Source: Octopus sinensis (taxonomy: Eukaryota). From it: DNA of 64,000 nt. The translations under genes and the position numbers were made by a program. The notes beneath the pieces were generated by a model, which was not told the DNA's origin, made no database searches, and was given only the letters and a program-made list of their open reading frames with translations. This document shows, piece after piece, positions 1-13,243 of the stretch; within the stretch, counting starts at the first letter, position 1; every line of letters starts with the position of its first letter. The stretch spans positions 32,364,001 to 32,428,000 of the forward strand of contig NC_042997.1 in assembly GCF_006345805.1 (NCBI RefSeq). Direction: 5' to 3'.

Positions 1-346
1 GCTGGTATCTGCACTACAATATAAGAGCAATTTTTGTCCAGGAGGAAATTTCTCTCTCATCCACTTATTACCATGAAACTGGAATTAAGTACTGATTCTT
101 AATTAACCCCAGCGACTTTTTTTGGAGCAAATGTTTCATTTTCAGATGGATTTTTTTAATTGCTTTTTTTCATAGTATTTTTAATACTGATTATGGAAAT
201 AACTTTTGTTTTTATCTATTTCTAATATTTTACTTGAAATTTTATTTTGAAGAAACCATTTTTGGGAAAAACGTGACAAGTCATCTTCCCATTTTTAAAA
301 AATATTTTAGTCTTAAAAAGGACTAAAAAATTCCAAAGAAGTCATA

Positions 347-562
347 TCAGTGTGTCTTGATAAATTGATATTCCAGGATTTCCAGTGTATGGGAAGCGTG
401 GTGGTGGAGGGAGCATGCATTTTCTTCCGACACCACAGGTCGACACCAAATTTGTCCCTCCTCCTTACTTGAGAGAAAATAGCCATTATCAGACAAGTTT
501 GCACTCTCATCCAAGCTTCTAATAGAAGGTTCATACTCATTGTCATCTTCTGAGTTCAACAT
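347..562 (-). CDS. Candidate terminal coding exon of an unidentified gene
   Basis: Minus-strand acceptor (ttttatgctttttatttttacaaattatgcccag|ATG) is followed by an open frame MLNSEDDNEYEPSIRSLDESANLSDNGYFLSSKEEGQIWCRPVVSEENACSLHHHASHTLEILEYQFIKTH*. The sequence is non-repetitive and GC-richer than its flanks, with purine-first codon bias. No homologue recognised, and other frames are also open here. Confidence 0.3.
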   Translation of the reverse strand: MLNSEDDNEYEPSIRSLDESANLSDNGYFLSSKEEGQIWCRPVVSEENACSLHHHASHTLEILEYQFIKTH

Positions 563-635
563 CTGGGCATAATTTGTAAAAATAAAAAGCATAAAAACCA
601 AGAAATGCTATTTTTTGAAATTATGTTTTGAACAG

Positions 636-697
636 TTTACTCATCACACTCTGAAAAAGACAGATTGGGCAAAGACCAGTTATCTCATTTTTGCCAG
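636..697 (+). other. Candidate 62-nt internal exon
   Basis: attatgttttgaacag| ... GCCAG|gtaaga. Two frames are open (FTHHTLKKTDWAKTSYLIFA or YSSHSEKDRLGKDQLSHFCQ). Support is splice signals only. Confidence 0.22.
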
Positions 698-750
698 GTA
701 AGAGGTTAAGAGTCATTTAGAGACATTACATAAATGGCAAGCAACTTTCT

Positions 751-1125
751 CAGGAGTGGCTGTGTGGTAAGTAGCTTGCTAACCAACCACATGGTTCCGG
801 GTTCAGTCCCACTGCGTGGCATCTTGGGCAAGTGTCTTCTGCTATAGCCCCGGGCCAACCAATGCCTTGTGAGTGGATTTGGTAGACGGAAACTGAAAGA
901 AGCCTGTCGTATATATGTATATATATATATGTGTGTGTTTGTCCCCTAGCATTGCTTGACAACCGATGCTGATGTGTTTACGTCCCCGTCACTTAGCGGT
1001 TCGGCAAAAGAGACCGATAGAATAAGTACTGGGCTTACAAAGAATAAGTCCCGGGGTCGATTTGCTCGACTAAAGGCGGTGTTCCAGCATGGCCGCAGTC
1101 AAATGACTGAAACGAGTAAAAGAGA
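751..1125 (+). mobile_element. tRNA-headed SINE, family A (near full length)
   Basis: Head (c)aggagtggctgtgtggtaag with B-box-like ggttcagtccc, internal (TA)n(TG)n, and tail ...gactgaaacgagtaaaagagag. Near-identical copies recur across the window. Confidence 0.85.
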
Positions 1126-2119
1126 GTATATATATGTATATACTCTGTGTGTGTGTGTGTGTGTTTGCATCTATATTTTCCCTGTCACTTGACAACTGGG
1201 ATTGATTTGTTCAATTAAAACCTTCCAGGGGTTTGCTCCAGCATGACCACTGTTCATTGACTGAAACAAGTAAAAGAAATAACAGATCCCAGCAGGATCT
1301 TAACTCAAAATATAATAATCAGAATTCTACGTAACCATTTTTGCCTGCTTACTGCTGCTTCACCTGTTCTGTCTTGCCTATAGAACAATGATGGGTTGGT
1401 ATGGTGGTGGACAAAATACCTTGCAGTATTTAAGTCCCAATCCTTTATATTCCCAGCTCAGCTCTGCCTTTCATTCTTCTGGAGTTGATCAAATAAAATC
1501 CGAGTCGTGTACTTCAGTCAGTTTAATCAACTATGCTATCCTCCCCGCAAGATTTGTGGTATTTTACTACCATTAAAAATCAATAATAGTTGTGGGTAGG
1601 AATTTTTCTGGACCAGTGTAATTTCTAGAGAAACCTCAGATGTTTCACTATGTCGTTGCATTTAGAAAGTTTTGCACAAATGTGTGTGCACATATGTGTT
1701 TCAGTAATTGTGCTATCAGATCTATTCTATGGTTTCACACTAGAATCTGAGTGGATGTTAATCCAAGAAGATTGGTGACATCCATTCCAACACTGGTACA
1801 AAACTGTAGTATGGATTCACTGGCACATTTACTAAGTATAAAGACAAACACAAACACACAGACACATACACACACACACCAAAGTCTAGAGAGTGTATTG
1901 AGTCTAATGTTTTCAGATATAAAATTGTGAAAATTATGAAACACATGTTCCTTTCGTATATGTATGTATGTATGTATGTGTTTGTGTGTGTGAATATACA
2001 CACACATTTACAATCGTTAATATATATTCATGTATAAACATCACAAACACAAGCATAGACAAACACACTAATGTGTGTGCATACATACACATACAGACAT
2101 TATATATACACACTGTGTA

Positions 2120-2350
2120 AGTGTCATCATCAACATCATCGTTTAACGTCCGTTCTTCATGCTAGCATGGGTTGGACGGTTCGACCGGGGATCTGGGAAG
2201 CCAGAAGGCTGCACCAGGCTCCAGTCTTATCTGGCAATGTTTCTACAAGACTGGAGCCTGGTGCAGCCTTCTGGCTTCCCAGACCCCGGTCGAACCGTCC
2301 AACCCATGCTAGCATGAAGAACGGACGTTAAACGATGATGATGATGATGA
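2120..2350. mobile_element. Family B retroelement 3' tails, inverted pair (foldback)
   Basis: (CAT)n cgtttaacgtccg...ccagtct, then its reverse complement ending cgttaaac(GAT)n. Confidence 0.85.
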
Positions 2351-3443
2351 CACTTACACAGTGTGTATATATAATGTCTGTATGTGTATGTATGCACACA
2401 CGTGAGTGTTTTTCTCTATGCTTATGTTTGTGATGTTTATACATGAATATATATTAACGATTGTAAATGTTATTGAACGTTTTTATGATTTTTTTATTTT
2501 CTAGTTAGATTTAAAAATGTACATCCTGCATTTTTTATCTCCAGCTTGAGTTCTTAGGTATGTGTGTCTTGTAGGGTTATTTTGTTTCAAATTACCCAGA
2601 AGTAAGGTTGTTGAACTTTTTGCAGTCCACTTGACAAGTCAGCTCTTATATAATGAAATATATGAAATTTATTTAATTTTCTTTTTGATTCTTTCCCTAC
2701 TCCTGATCTCTCTCTTTCTCTCTCTCTCTCCCTCCATCTCTCTCTCTCTCTCTCTCTCTCTGACCCCAGCTTTAGGAATTTAATTTAAAGGGGGTAAACC
2801 AAAGTGAAAAAAAATAGCAGTAGGAAACCTTGGTATGTAAGTAAACAATCTTGAGCTGTGATGTGCTATTAATTTTATCAAATAGCTGTAGGAAAAAACT
2901 ACTGCTGCTGCCACCACTGCTGCTGTTGCTACTACTGCTACTACTACTACTAACAACAACAATAATAATGATATAACTGCGTTAACACAACTGGGTAGGA
3001 TATAGTTGATTGAATTATCTCCAATGCTTGTCTAGAAAATATATTCTCTTAACCCCAGAGCAATGACTGATAAAGTCAATCTCAGCAGGAGTTGGACTCA
3101 TATGATAAAAACATATACCTAAGTGTCACAAGACATTTAATCAGGCACTCTACAATTTCTGCAGCTCACCACTCTGATAATAATAATGATTTTTTTTATT
3201 TGCTACAATGGGTAACTAATTGGGGGTCATTAGAATGGATAATTACAAAAATGGTAAGGAGGGAATCGAGTATGAAAAATAGTACAAAAGAAAAGAAAAT
3301 GAAAACAAATTTCATAATAGAGGGGTCAAATTAGGGACCCCTTTTAGGGGTCAAACTAGGAACCCCACAGATCCTGGATTACTCTTGCTACTAAGACCAA
3401 GTGCTCTATCCTAGTTGAATTTCGGCTTGCTACTCTCACTCAC

Positions 3444-3507
3444 CTGTCTGTAAATTAACTGGAGGGGACATCTCTATCTCCACCTCATCTTATTCTCCAA
3501 GTGGAAC
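3444..3507 (-). other. Candidate 64-nt exon (non-coding or start-containing)
   Basis: Minus strand ctttgattaacttttacag|GTTCC...ACAGACAG|gtgagt: good acceptor and consensus donor. All three through-frames contain stops; an internal ATG gives MSPPVNLQT. Confidence 0.25.
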
Positions 3508-6500
3508 CTGTAAAAGTTAATCAAAGAGGAAAATGCCCTCCTTCAGTCCTTTTGAATCTTGTGCACTGTACAATCTCTTTTGACACAGTAACCAGGCAAT
3601 AAAAACCTGACTTTCTTTCCCTGCCATAGGAAGGCAATGGGTAATTTTTAAGATGGATCTGACTAATTATCAGATCCATTCTACTTGCAATAAAAGCCTT
3701 TCAGCATAACTTCACAAGTCAGTTATGCTTGGATGCTAAACAAGTGCATGTAGAACAGTTTCATTAGTCAGACAGACCAGGTTGATGATACTTCTAAGCT
3801 CATTAGGTTTATTCTGAACCAGCAATGTTTTCCTGATACTGCTAAGCCAAGAATGTCTGGAAGTTGTCTGCCATCCCCAGTTTAGAGTCTTCTGGTACAA
3901 ACTTTCCGTTCATTTTTATTGCTGATCACTGGATGCATTGCTTGACTGGCAGAGAGTGAGTATGCCTGACAACACTGCAAATGCCTGACACCCAATTTTT
4001 GTCTATTTTTGATTCAGGACTGCATGAAAAAACAGCACCTGACAAAGACTCCCCATACCAGCAACCCCAACAGATCAACAGCTACAGCATATTGAGCTGT
4101 CTGTGCTGGTTAGCAATAGACTAACTTTTTGACCTGCGAAATATGAACTTACGACAAGAAACAATTATGATTTCTTACATTGGCTCAAGGTCCTAAATTT
4201 ATAGCATAAAAATATAGTAAATTTAGTCAACTTCAATAGGATATGAACTTCACTAATAATAATAATAATGATTTAAAAAATAGGCACAATGCCAGTTGGT
4301 AGCACAGCTTCACCACTTCACAGTTTCTTATTTTATCATCCCTCCCTCCCAAAAAAGATGAAAGGCAAGGTTCACAATTCACATAATGTAAAGCATTTTG
4401 CCTGATGCTCTACTGATTTTACCACTTATACCTTGCTATTACTATAGCATTAGTAATAATTTCTAATGTTGGCATAAAACCAAAGTGTTATGGAGAAGGA
4501 ATAGTTGATTGACTCAACCTTAGTCCTTAACTGGTATTTTATTTTATTGTCCCTGGAGAGATAAAAGGCAAAGTTGACCACTGTGGGATTTGAACTCTGA
4601 ATGTAACGATAATAACTTCTAACATCTTTTTAAAATAATATAATTTCTAACAAGGATTTCTAAGTGTACCAAATTGCTCTGTCTTTGAAGCTGACTCATA
4701 CGTTATCTTACTGTTAACTTGTGACACAATGAAAAAAGAGTTGTGAGTAACCACTTAGGAGTGTCCTTGTTAGAAATAGACCAAAGAAGGTTTGAAAATG
4801 GGGTCTGTGAAGTCAGATTTATGTACATTGAACATCACAAACCCTGATAATGTGGGAATTGAGTCAAATAAGAGATATATGTTATGATGATGTCAGCATG
4901 TAGCAGTGATGATAGTAATCATCATCATCATGAATTCATTAATATTAATGATGATGATGCTGAATAATATTATTGGTAATGATGATGATGATGATAATGA
5001 TGTTCATCATCATTGTTAATATTAACATTAATAAAATGTCTCAAGCATTACTGGAAATATTGTAAGGAAAGTAGTTGGGTGTGGCTCTGAAAATAACTAT
5101 TTCACAGCAGGTATGCATGCCATGCTGATCAATAATTCTACTTGGTTAATTTCCTTCTCCTTTGTTTCAAGTTCAAGTCTCACCACCGTTGACTTTGTCA
5201 TTCATCACCCTATGGAGATGAGGGGATCGGGCCTGGGCGGTAGTGGTGGGATGGCTGGGGCAATAAACTAAATAGCAATGATGTATTGGTTGATTCACTT
5301 TACTGTCTTTCTCCCTTACAAACATTGTTGCAGTGCCTAATCAAAAGAAATCAATACTTCTGCTTGTCTTAAGGCTGGTGGAAATAGCTGAGACAGTAGA
5401 GTGTTGTTGGCCTGTATAAAATTTAGTGTAACTGAATTGATTATCTCAATATCTGACTTTGAATGTCACTGGGGTTGACTTTGCCTTTCACCTCTCTGGT
5501 CGTGATAAATTACGTATCGCTTATGTAGTGTGTCAGAGAGCAATTTGATAAAAAAAAAAAAAAAATGCCTATCCACCTTTTTATTTTTTTTTTAAACTTT
5601 AAAAATTGGCCTTGAGCCTATTTCAACAGAAATCAATAATTCTACTCAGCTTAAAATATTCCACCTCGCTCCCAAAATAATAATAATGATGATGATGATA
5701 ATGATTATAATTGTTCACTTAGGAAAGAAGCTTCAGGTTCTGTTTGTGATTGTAAGTTCAGAAAGCATTATATTACTGAAGCAGCAGTGTCTGTGGTAAT
5801 TTTACAGGTATGTTCCGAACTAGCACTCTTAAGCATAATCCCTAGAGACAGCCTGCTTCTCACCAACCCTCTCGCTGCTATTATTCCTCTCCTCGACTGC
5901 TGCTGCCGATACAAACTGCCACTGCATGCTATTTACAACTTCAACCCTCCTCTCTCACTGACAAACCCCCAACTCCGTCCCCCCCCACTTCCACTTCTGT
6001 CTTTCAATTCCTTAGACAAAGTTTATTGTAGTAGTAACAGCAGCAGCAGCAGTAGTTCCTGCTGCTGGCTGCTATTGTATTGTACTTGTGACCAACAATA
6101 TAAAGGTGTGCAATGCTTCCATTTCACCCACCACCACTCTTATCACCACCAATGTTTTCACTCCTCAAAATCTTATCATTACTATCATGATGTTTATTGT
6201 TGTGGTAAGGAATATTACCTACACCACCACATCCTGACTAACCCTCACCCTCCCTATTTATATAATTTCTCTTATGTATTTTTCAGTTCTTTCCCTCCCA
6301 CTTGCTTTACATATATCTTTTTTTTTTTTCTGTCAAATCTTCCATTTCATATTGATCGATTCATCTTCATTTTTATAGCCTTTCTTTTTGTGTGTGTGTG
6401 TGTATATATCTCTCTCCCCACCCCCAACATATTTTCAAAATCTCATTTCTATAATCTCACTCTCTCCCACCCTATTCTTCATTCATCTCTACCACATGTG

Positions 6501-7816
6501 GATACTAATCTGTATGGGAAATTTTCAATCACTAACCAATGCATTGCATTGTGTCATTTTCTCTTAGATCAATTTTTTTTTTATTTGCCAGTCATAGACT
6601 CAGGAAGAGCTATATGTTTAAGAAGTTTGCTTTGCAACTTGGGCAAGCGTCTGCTTCTATTGTCTCAAGTTGACCACTGTCTTGTGATTGTAATTGGGTT
6701 TAAAAAAATAACTACAGAATTCTTCTGTGTGTGTGTGTGTGTGTAATTTTCAGCATTGTATGTTAGTGAAAGATGTAGGCTGACACGAAAACTCATAAAT
6801 TGGTGCTTTCAGAGGGAAACCCCTTATGTGATAGTTGTTCTGCCCAAGCTGTGCAGATAATCCCTTGTGACTTATCATAAATGCAGTGAACTAGTGATTG
6901 GTTCGTTGGAATCTATAACCACTGATGCTAGTGTTCACAAAATGTGCTATAAATAAATAAATAAAAATAGATCTTTTAAGCTTGTTGTTGTTATTAGTAT
7001 TTTTTTAGTGAAAACTGACTGCTAACAAATAAACTTTATCTCAATAGCTCATGGCTAATTCATGATAACACTATAACAAAATTCAGGATTTTACTAGGAT
7101 CACAGTAAAATCCTGAATTGTGATATATATATTTTGTCTGGGACCACTTATTGAGTATTCGTAGCTAACCTATATATCTACAGGTCATTCCCTTATCTGC
7201 AAACTGGGGAACTGATGGATGGGAGCTACCATCACTACGCTGACAATCTCAACTGTGTACCCTACTTAAAAACTAAACATATGAGCTAGTGGTAGGGTTT
7301 GTACACCATTTCTGAACCTACGAGAAATGGCAGCCAAATCTCTCATGAACCAACTTTTGTGCTTGAGGGTTTATATTTCCATTTTGATCAAATTACTGTT
7401 TTGAGGGAGATATAGTTGCTATTTCTAGCACTTTGTGGATTCTTGTACATGGACCCTCGTTGGCTCAAGTTCCTTCATTGGATTAAGCTCCCTTGACCCA
7501 TACCAACAGTATCTAGTATTGGTTGTTATGGTTGCTGCTTAGCCACTGGTCAGTTCTTATTGAGCTAGCCCATGATGAAAAGCATGATTTCAACCATGAC
7601 CATCACATCTTTTTCATTGATACATTACACCCAGAATTACAATATTCAATGTGTCTTTCTTTGAAGATGGGGTGTAATTTGAGGGAGATTTGGCTCTAAT
7701 TTCTGGTAGATGATTATTGTAATTAGTAACAGTACTATGGCATTGAGAAGTGTTGTGTGGATTATAATATCAATTTTCAGGAAAAGTTACCTGTGGTAGA
7801 CCAGTGTCCTATTTAA

Positions 7817-8036
7817 CCCTTTCGTTACCGTATTTATTTTGAGATGCTCTGTGTTTCTTTCAATTACTTTAAATATAACAAAGAATTTAGTAAAATAACT
7901 TAGTTATCATTAAGCTAGTGTTAGGAACATAAATTGTGACTAAGGTTTGGTGGAAGATTTTAATTCAGAACTTATGAAAACAAGACGTTTGTACTGAGAG
8001 CCAGAGCCGGTTTCAGCCGGGTTGGTAACGAAAGGG
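7817..8036. mobile_element. piggyBac-type MITE, family 1 (220 bp)
   Basis: TTAA at 7813-7816 and 8037-8040; perfect TIR CCCTTTCGTTACC / GGTAACGAAAGGG. Confidence 0.88.
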
Positions 8037-8569
8037 TTAAGGGCCTGTTTACCTCCCATCTTTCCTTAATGCTATAGAAACATAGGCACGGGCATGGCTG
8101 TGTGGTTTAGATTGCTTGGTTTTGGTTCAGTCCCGCTGCACAACCCATTAGATAAGTGTCTTCTATAGACTCACGCCAATACAATCTTGTAAGTGGATTT
8201 AGTAAACTGAAACTGAAAGAAATTTGTGTGTGTGTGTAGGTTGGTAGATATGTGTGTTTGTTTTGTAGTACTTCTTGACAACTGATGTTGGTTTGTTTAC
8301 AGCCGTGTAACTTAGCAATCCAGCAAAAGAGGCCACTTGAATAAGTACCATACTTATAAAAATAAAGTGGTGTAGTCGATTGGTTTTACAAAATGCTTCA
8401 AGGCAATGCCCCTGTATGGCCACAGTTTAATGACTGACATGTGATAAAACGTAAATGATAAAACTAGAGATAGATGCCATCACAGTGGATTAGAAAAGGA
8501 GAAAAATCAAATTGCTGATGATCATTTCATTTACATTGAAACTTCCATATATATATATATATATATATA

Positions 8570-9682
8570 TTCCTCATTTATTTGTTCATATATCCTATGA
8601 CCCTCACACTCCATGGTGTTGACTCCAGAAGATAGCAAATAGCACACAGTAAACCTTTTGTTCGATATTCATTAAAGGCGGATGATCCATGAGTGTATTT
8701 GTGTCATGTCTGTCTCTTCCTCTTGTATGTGTTTGCATATGTATCTGTATTTGTGTGTGTATGTTTGTGTGCATCTGGTGAAGGGAAATTACAGAAGTGA
8801 GAAAGCAGCAAAATGTAAAGGTTAGCCTGTAATGTTGGTATCTGATGGAATTTCGGAAATTCATTTACATGAATAAAAGTTCTTCCTTGGCCTTTTCACT
8901 TTGTTTTGCTTTATATATTGATTGAGAGGAAATTGGTTTAGGTAAATACATGTGTATATACATACATAAATGTATGTGTGTATCTATAAATATATATATA
9001 TATATTTATATATATGGCCATTCACGGACACACATATAGAGACAAACACACATATATGCATGCATGCACACATACCAAACTGCCTGGTTTGTTAAAGGTA
9101 CTGTATAGTAAGTGCAGTAGGGTTAGAAAGCATTCAGTCTATTGCTGTTTGCAAACAAAATGGTGATTTGTTCAATAAACTACCATACAAAGGCTTTTAG
9201 TTAAGCTCCATTGATCTGAAATATTTTCAAAGCCATTAGAAACATCATCTGGTATCCCAGTTAACCTTCAAACCTAGGCATTTTTGTTGTGCTTGGTGGG
9301 GGTGGCGAGTAGGTATAGTAGCAGAGACAACCAGGATAATGATGATGATGATGAAATAGCAGCTGATATATTGGTCATTTTACAGGCTTTTCTCTACTAT
9401 TAGTATCTCTTTATGATATGAGTGGTACTTAAAGGCTGGTTGGTTGTGCTTTCAGATCTCAATAAGCAGACATGTGATCAAAAGAGTTCCTGCCATGACC
9501 ATTTCCTGTGGTTTTGTGTTTTTATGTTTCAGATGGAAATTTTGACTGATATTTCTAGTGGATCAAGCAACCTCATATATAAAATAGTTAAAACTCAGAA
9601 CAAGATGCCTGAGGGTTTTTTTAGTAAATATATATTGTCACTGTAGCCAAATTATAATACCGTTAAATTATAGCATTAAAAA

Positions 9683-9721
<39 letters not shown>

Positions 9722-9939
9722 CTGTATGGTTTGTATGTGTATGTATATAGGTAAATATACATGTGTGCATATGCATGTTTGTCTCTCTCTCTATATATAT
9801 ATATCATCATCATCGTTTAGCATCCACTTTCCATGCTGGCATGGGTTGGATGGTGCAACTGGGGTCTGGGAAGCCAGAAGGCTGCACCAGGCCCAGCCTG
9901 ATCTGGCAATGTTTCTATGGCTGGATGCCCTTCCTAACG

Positions 9940-9989
<50 letters not shown>

Positions 9990-11103
9990 CCTCATTTATT
10001 TGTTCATATATCCTATGACCCTCACACTCCATGGTGTTGACTCCAGAAGATAGCAAATAGCACACAGTAAACCTTTTGTTCGATATTCATTAAAGGCGGA
10101 TGATCCATGAGTGTATTTGTGTCATGTCTGTCTCTTCCTCTTGTATGTGTTTGCATATGTATCTGTATTTGTGTGTGTATGTTTGTGTGCATCTGGTGAA
10201 GGGAGATTACAGAAGTGAGAAAGCAGCAAAATGTAAAGGTTAGCCTGTAATGTTGGTATCTGATGGAATTTCGGAAATTCATTTACATGAATAAAAGTTC
10301 TTCCTTGGCCTTTTCACTTTGTTTTGCTTTATATATTGATTGAGAGGAAATTGGTTTAGGTAAATACATGTGTATATACATACATAAATGTATGTGTGTA
10401 TCTATAAATATATATATATATATTTATATATATGGCCATTCACGGACACACATATAGAGACAAACACACATATATGCATGCATGCACACATACCAAACTG
10501 CCTGGTTTGTTAAAGGTACTGTATAGTAAGTGCAGTAGGGTTAGAAAGCATTCAGTCTATTGCTGTTTGCAAACAAAATGGTGATTTGTTCAATAAACTA
10601 CCATACAAAGGCTTTTAGTTAAGCTCCATTGATCTGAAATATTTTCAAAGCCATTAGAAACATCATCTGGTATCCCAGTTAACCTTCAAACCTAGGCATT
10701 TTTGTTGTGCTTGGTGGGGGTGGCGAGTAGGTATAGTAGCAGAGACAACCAGGATAATGATGATGATGATGATGAAATAGCAGCTGATATATTGGTCATT
10801 TTACAGGCTTTTCTCTACTATTAGTATCTCTTTATGATATGAGTGGTACTTAAAGGCTGGTTGGTTGTGCTTTCAGATCTCAATAAGCAGACATGTGATC
10901 AAAAGAGTTCCTGCCATGACCATTTCCTGTGGTTTTGTGTTTTTATGTTTCAGATGGAAATTTTGACTGATATTTCTAGTGGATCAAGCAACCTCATATA
11001 TAAAATAGTTAAAACTCAGAACAAGATGCCTGAGGGTTTTTTTAGTAAATATATATTGTCACTGTAGCCAAATTATAATACCGTTAAATTATAGCATTAA
11101 AAA

Positions 11104-11136
<33 letters not shown>

Positions 11137-11358
11137 ACATCTGTATGGTTTGTATGTGTATGTATATAGGTAAATATACATGTGTGCATATGCATGTTTG
11201 TCTCTCTCTCTATATATATATATCATCATCATCGTTTAGCATCCACTTTCCATGCTGGCATGGGTTGGATGGTGCAACTGGGGTCTGGGAAGCCAGAAGG
11301 CTGCACCAGGCCCAGCCTGATCTGGCAATGTTTCTATGGCTGGATGCCCTTCCTAACG

Positions 11359-11359
<1 letters not shown>
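8570..11359. repeat. Direct tandem duplication of ~1.37 kb (copies 8570-9940 and 9988-11359) bounded by (TA)n
   Basis: Offset 1418-1421. The only differences I saw were A8787/G10205 and microsatellite lengths. Confidence 0.93.
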
Positions 11360-11448
<89 letters not shown>

Positions 11449-11585
11449 TAGATAGATTATTTTATGAAACACGTGTTGAAGAGAAATTTGGAATTGAAAT
11501 AGTAAGTATTAAAATAAAATTCTATGATATGGTGTGATGTATATTAGGATTTCATGAATTGCATGGGGGACTTCTATCTCTAAAT

Positions 11586-11630
<45 letters not shown>

Positions 11631-11689
11631 TATATATATGTAATGGTCATGTTTGTTGACATTCACTGTCAACAAATCATTCATTATCT

Positions 11690-12070
11690 TTTAATTGTTG
11701 CAGTCATTAGATTGCAGCCATGCTGTGGCACCACTTTGAATAACTTTTAATCGAATGAATCAACCCCACTTATTTTTTTTTCTTTTAAGCATGGTATTTA
11801 TTTTACCAATCTTTTGCTGAACTGCTAAGTTATGAGGACACAAACACAACACAAGCATGGTTGGAGGACAAACAGTCTCACACACGTGCATGTATACACA
11901 CACACGCAATAGGCTTCTTTTAGTTTCTGTCTTCCAAATCCTGTCACAAGGTTTTGGTCAGCTGGAGGCTATAGTAGAAGACATTAGCCCAAGGTGTCAC
12001 ACAGTGGGACTGAACCCAGAACCATGTGGTTGGAAAGCAAACTTCTTACCACACAGCCATGCCTGTGCCA
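11690..12070 (-). mobile_element. SINE family A, diverged copy
   Basis: Reverse-complement match to the family A tail (cattagattgcagccatgctg) through the head (cttaccacacagccatgcctg). Confidence 0.7.
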
Positions 12071-13243
12071 GTATTTTTGAAATCAAGCAGAATGAAAAAC
12101 CTCATATTTCATGAACAGGTGAGGGTTAACAACAGATACTTTGATAATGTTTTCCTCTAACCCATGCTAGCTTGGAAAAACAGATGTAAAAATGAACAAA
12201 CAAATGCTCACAGTCAATACTTGGCTGCATTGAGCTGTACTTTTCAGTTTCTCCATTGTGTGGATGGACTATAGACTTCACAAAAGCAGTTTATTAAAGA
12301 ATTAATAAACAAATATATATCATTAAACCAGAACAAACAGTTAGGAGTTATATAGATAAGATCAGTAGATGTTCAAAAATGTAGCGCTGTGAAGGAAAAG
12401 AAGTTGAAACAGAAGCTTTATATGATTATTAAGTTTGAATGTATTTGTGTCAGAAGACAAACTGGGGAAAAGACAAAATAATGTAATGTTGAAAATGTCA
12501 AAAAGATTTCATGTGTCAAAATGCAGACTAAAGTGAATTTATATCTCAAGAAATTATAATATAATGACTAATATGAATTTAAAAATGTAAAGAAACTTAT
12601 TATAATTTAAATAGCTTTTCTGCTTTGAAAAAAGTAGCCTAGTGAAGATAAGTAAAAAAAAAACAGAAAATTAACATATCTTATTACCAAAAAAAAAAAA
12701 ATTGAGATGAACTGATATCACAAAAAACTTATATGACTAAGTAAAATTGCATTGTGTAAATCAGTTAGTGACAATGCTTTCAACTATATATATATATATA
12801 TATATACACATACACACACACATTTTTAGAACTTCATCTTTTATATACAATTTTGATGGCTTAGCCAGACAAAGGACGGCATCAATGACATTTTGATGGA
12901 CCTCTGAAACTGGTTTGGAAAGAGAAGCGAGAAGAAACTACAGCTCATGGGTTGCTACAATAAGACACTGGAGATCAGCTTATTCTCAGATCTGATCTGA
13001 CTTCCTGCAATCGTGTGGACTCCACTAACAAAATTCTTTTCTACTCTAGGCACAAGGCCCGGAATTTTGAGGGAGGGGGCCAGTCGGTTAGATCGACTCC
13101 AGTATGCAACTGGTACTTATCAACCCTGAAAGGACGAAAGGCAAAGTTGATCTTGGAAGAATTTGAACTCAGACAGTAAAGTCAGACGAAATACCGCTAA
13201 GCATTTCATCCTGGTTCTGTATAAGCGTTCTGTTGTCAAGTTA

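Noticed and set aside
750-1192. Recurrent peptides (EDTCPRCHAVGLNPEPCGW, SGSAKETDRISTGLTKNKSRGRF) at many loci
   Set aside because: Chance frames of SINE family A on both strands; no consistent start or stop across copies.
3321-3366. Two tandem 25-bp GGGGTC...GACCCC mini-hairpins
   Set aside because: Short local duplication; stems too short to separate from chance.
5787-6746. Longest ORF in the track (319 aa)
   Set aside because: GTG start, mosaic of decayed CAG/CAC/CAT/TG microsatellites and pyrimidine-rich DNA; no domain and unnatural composition.
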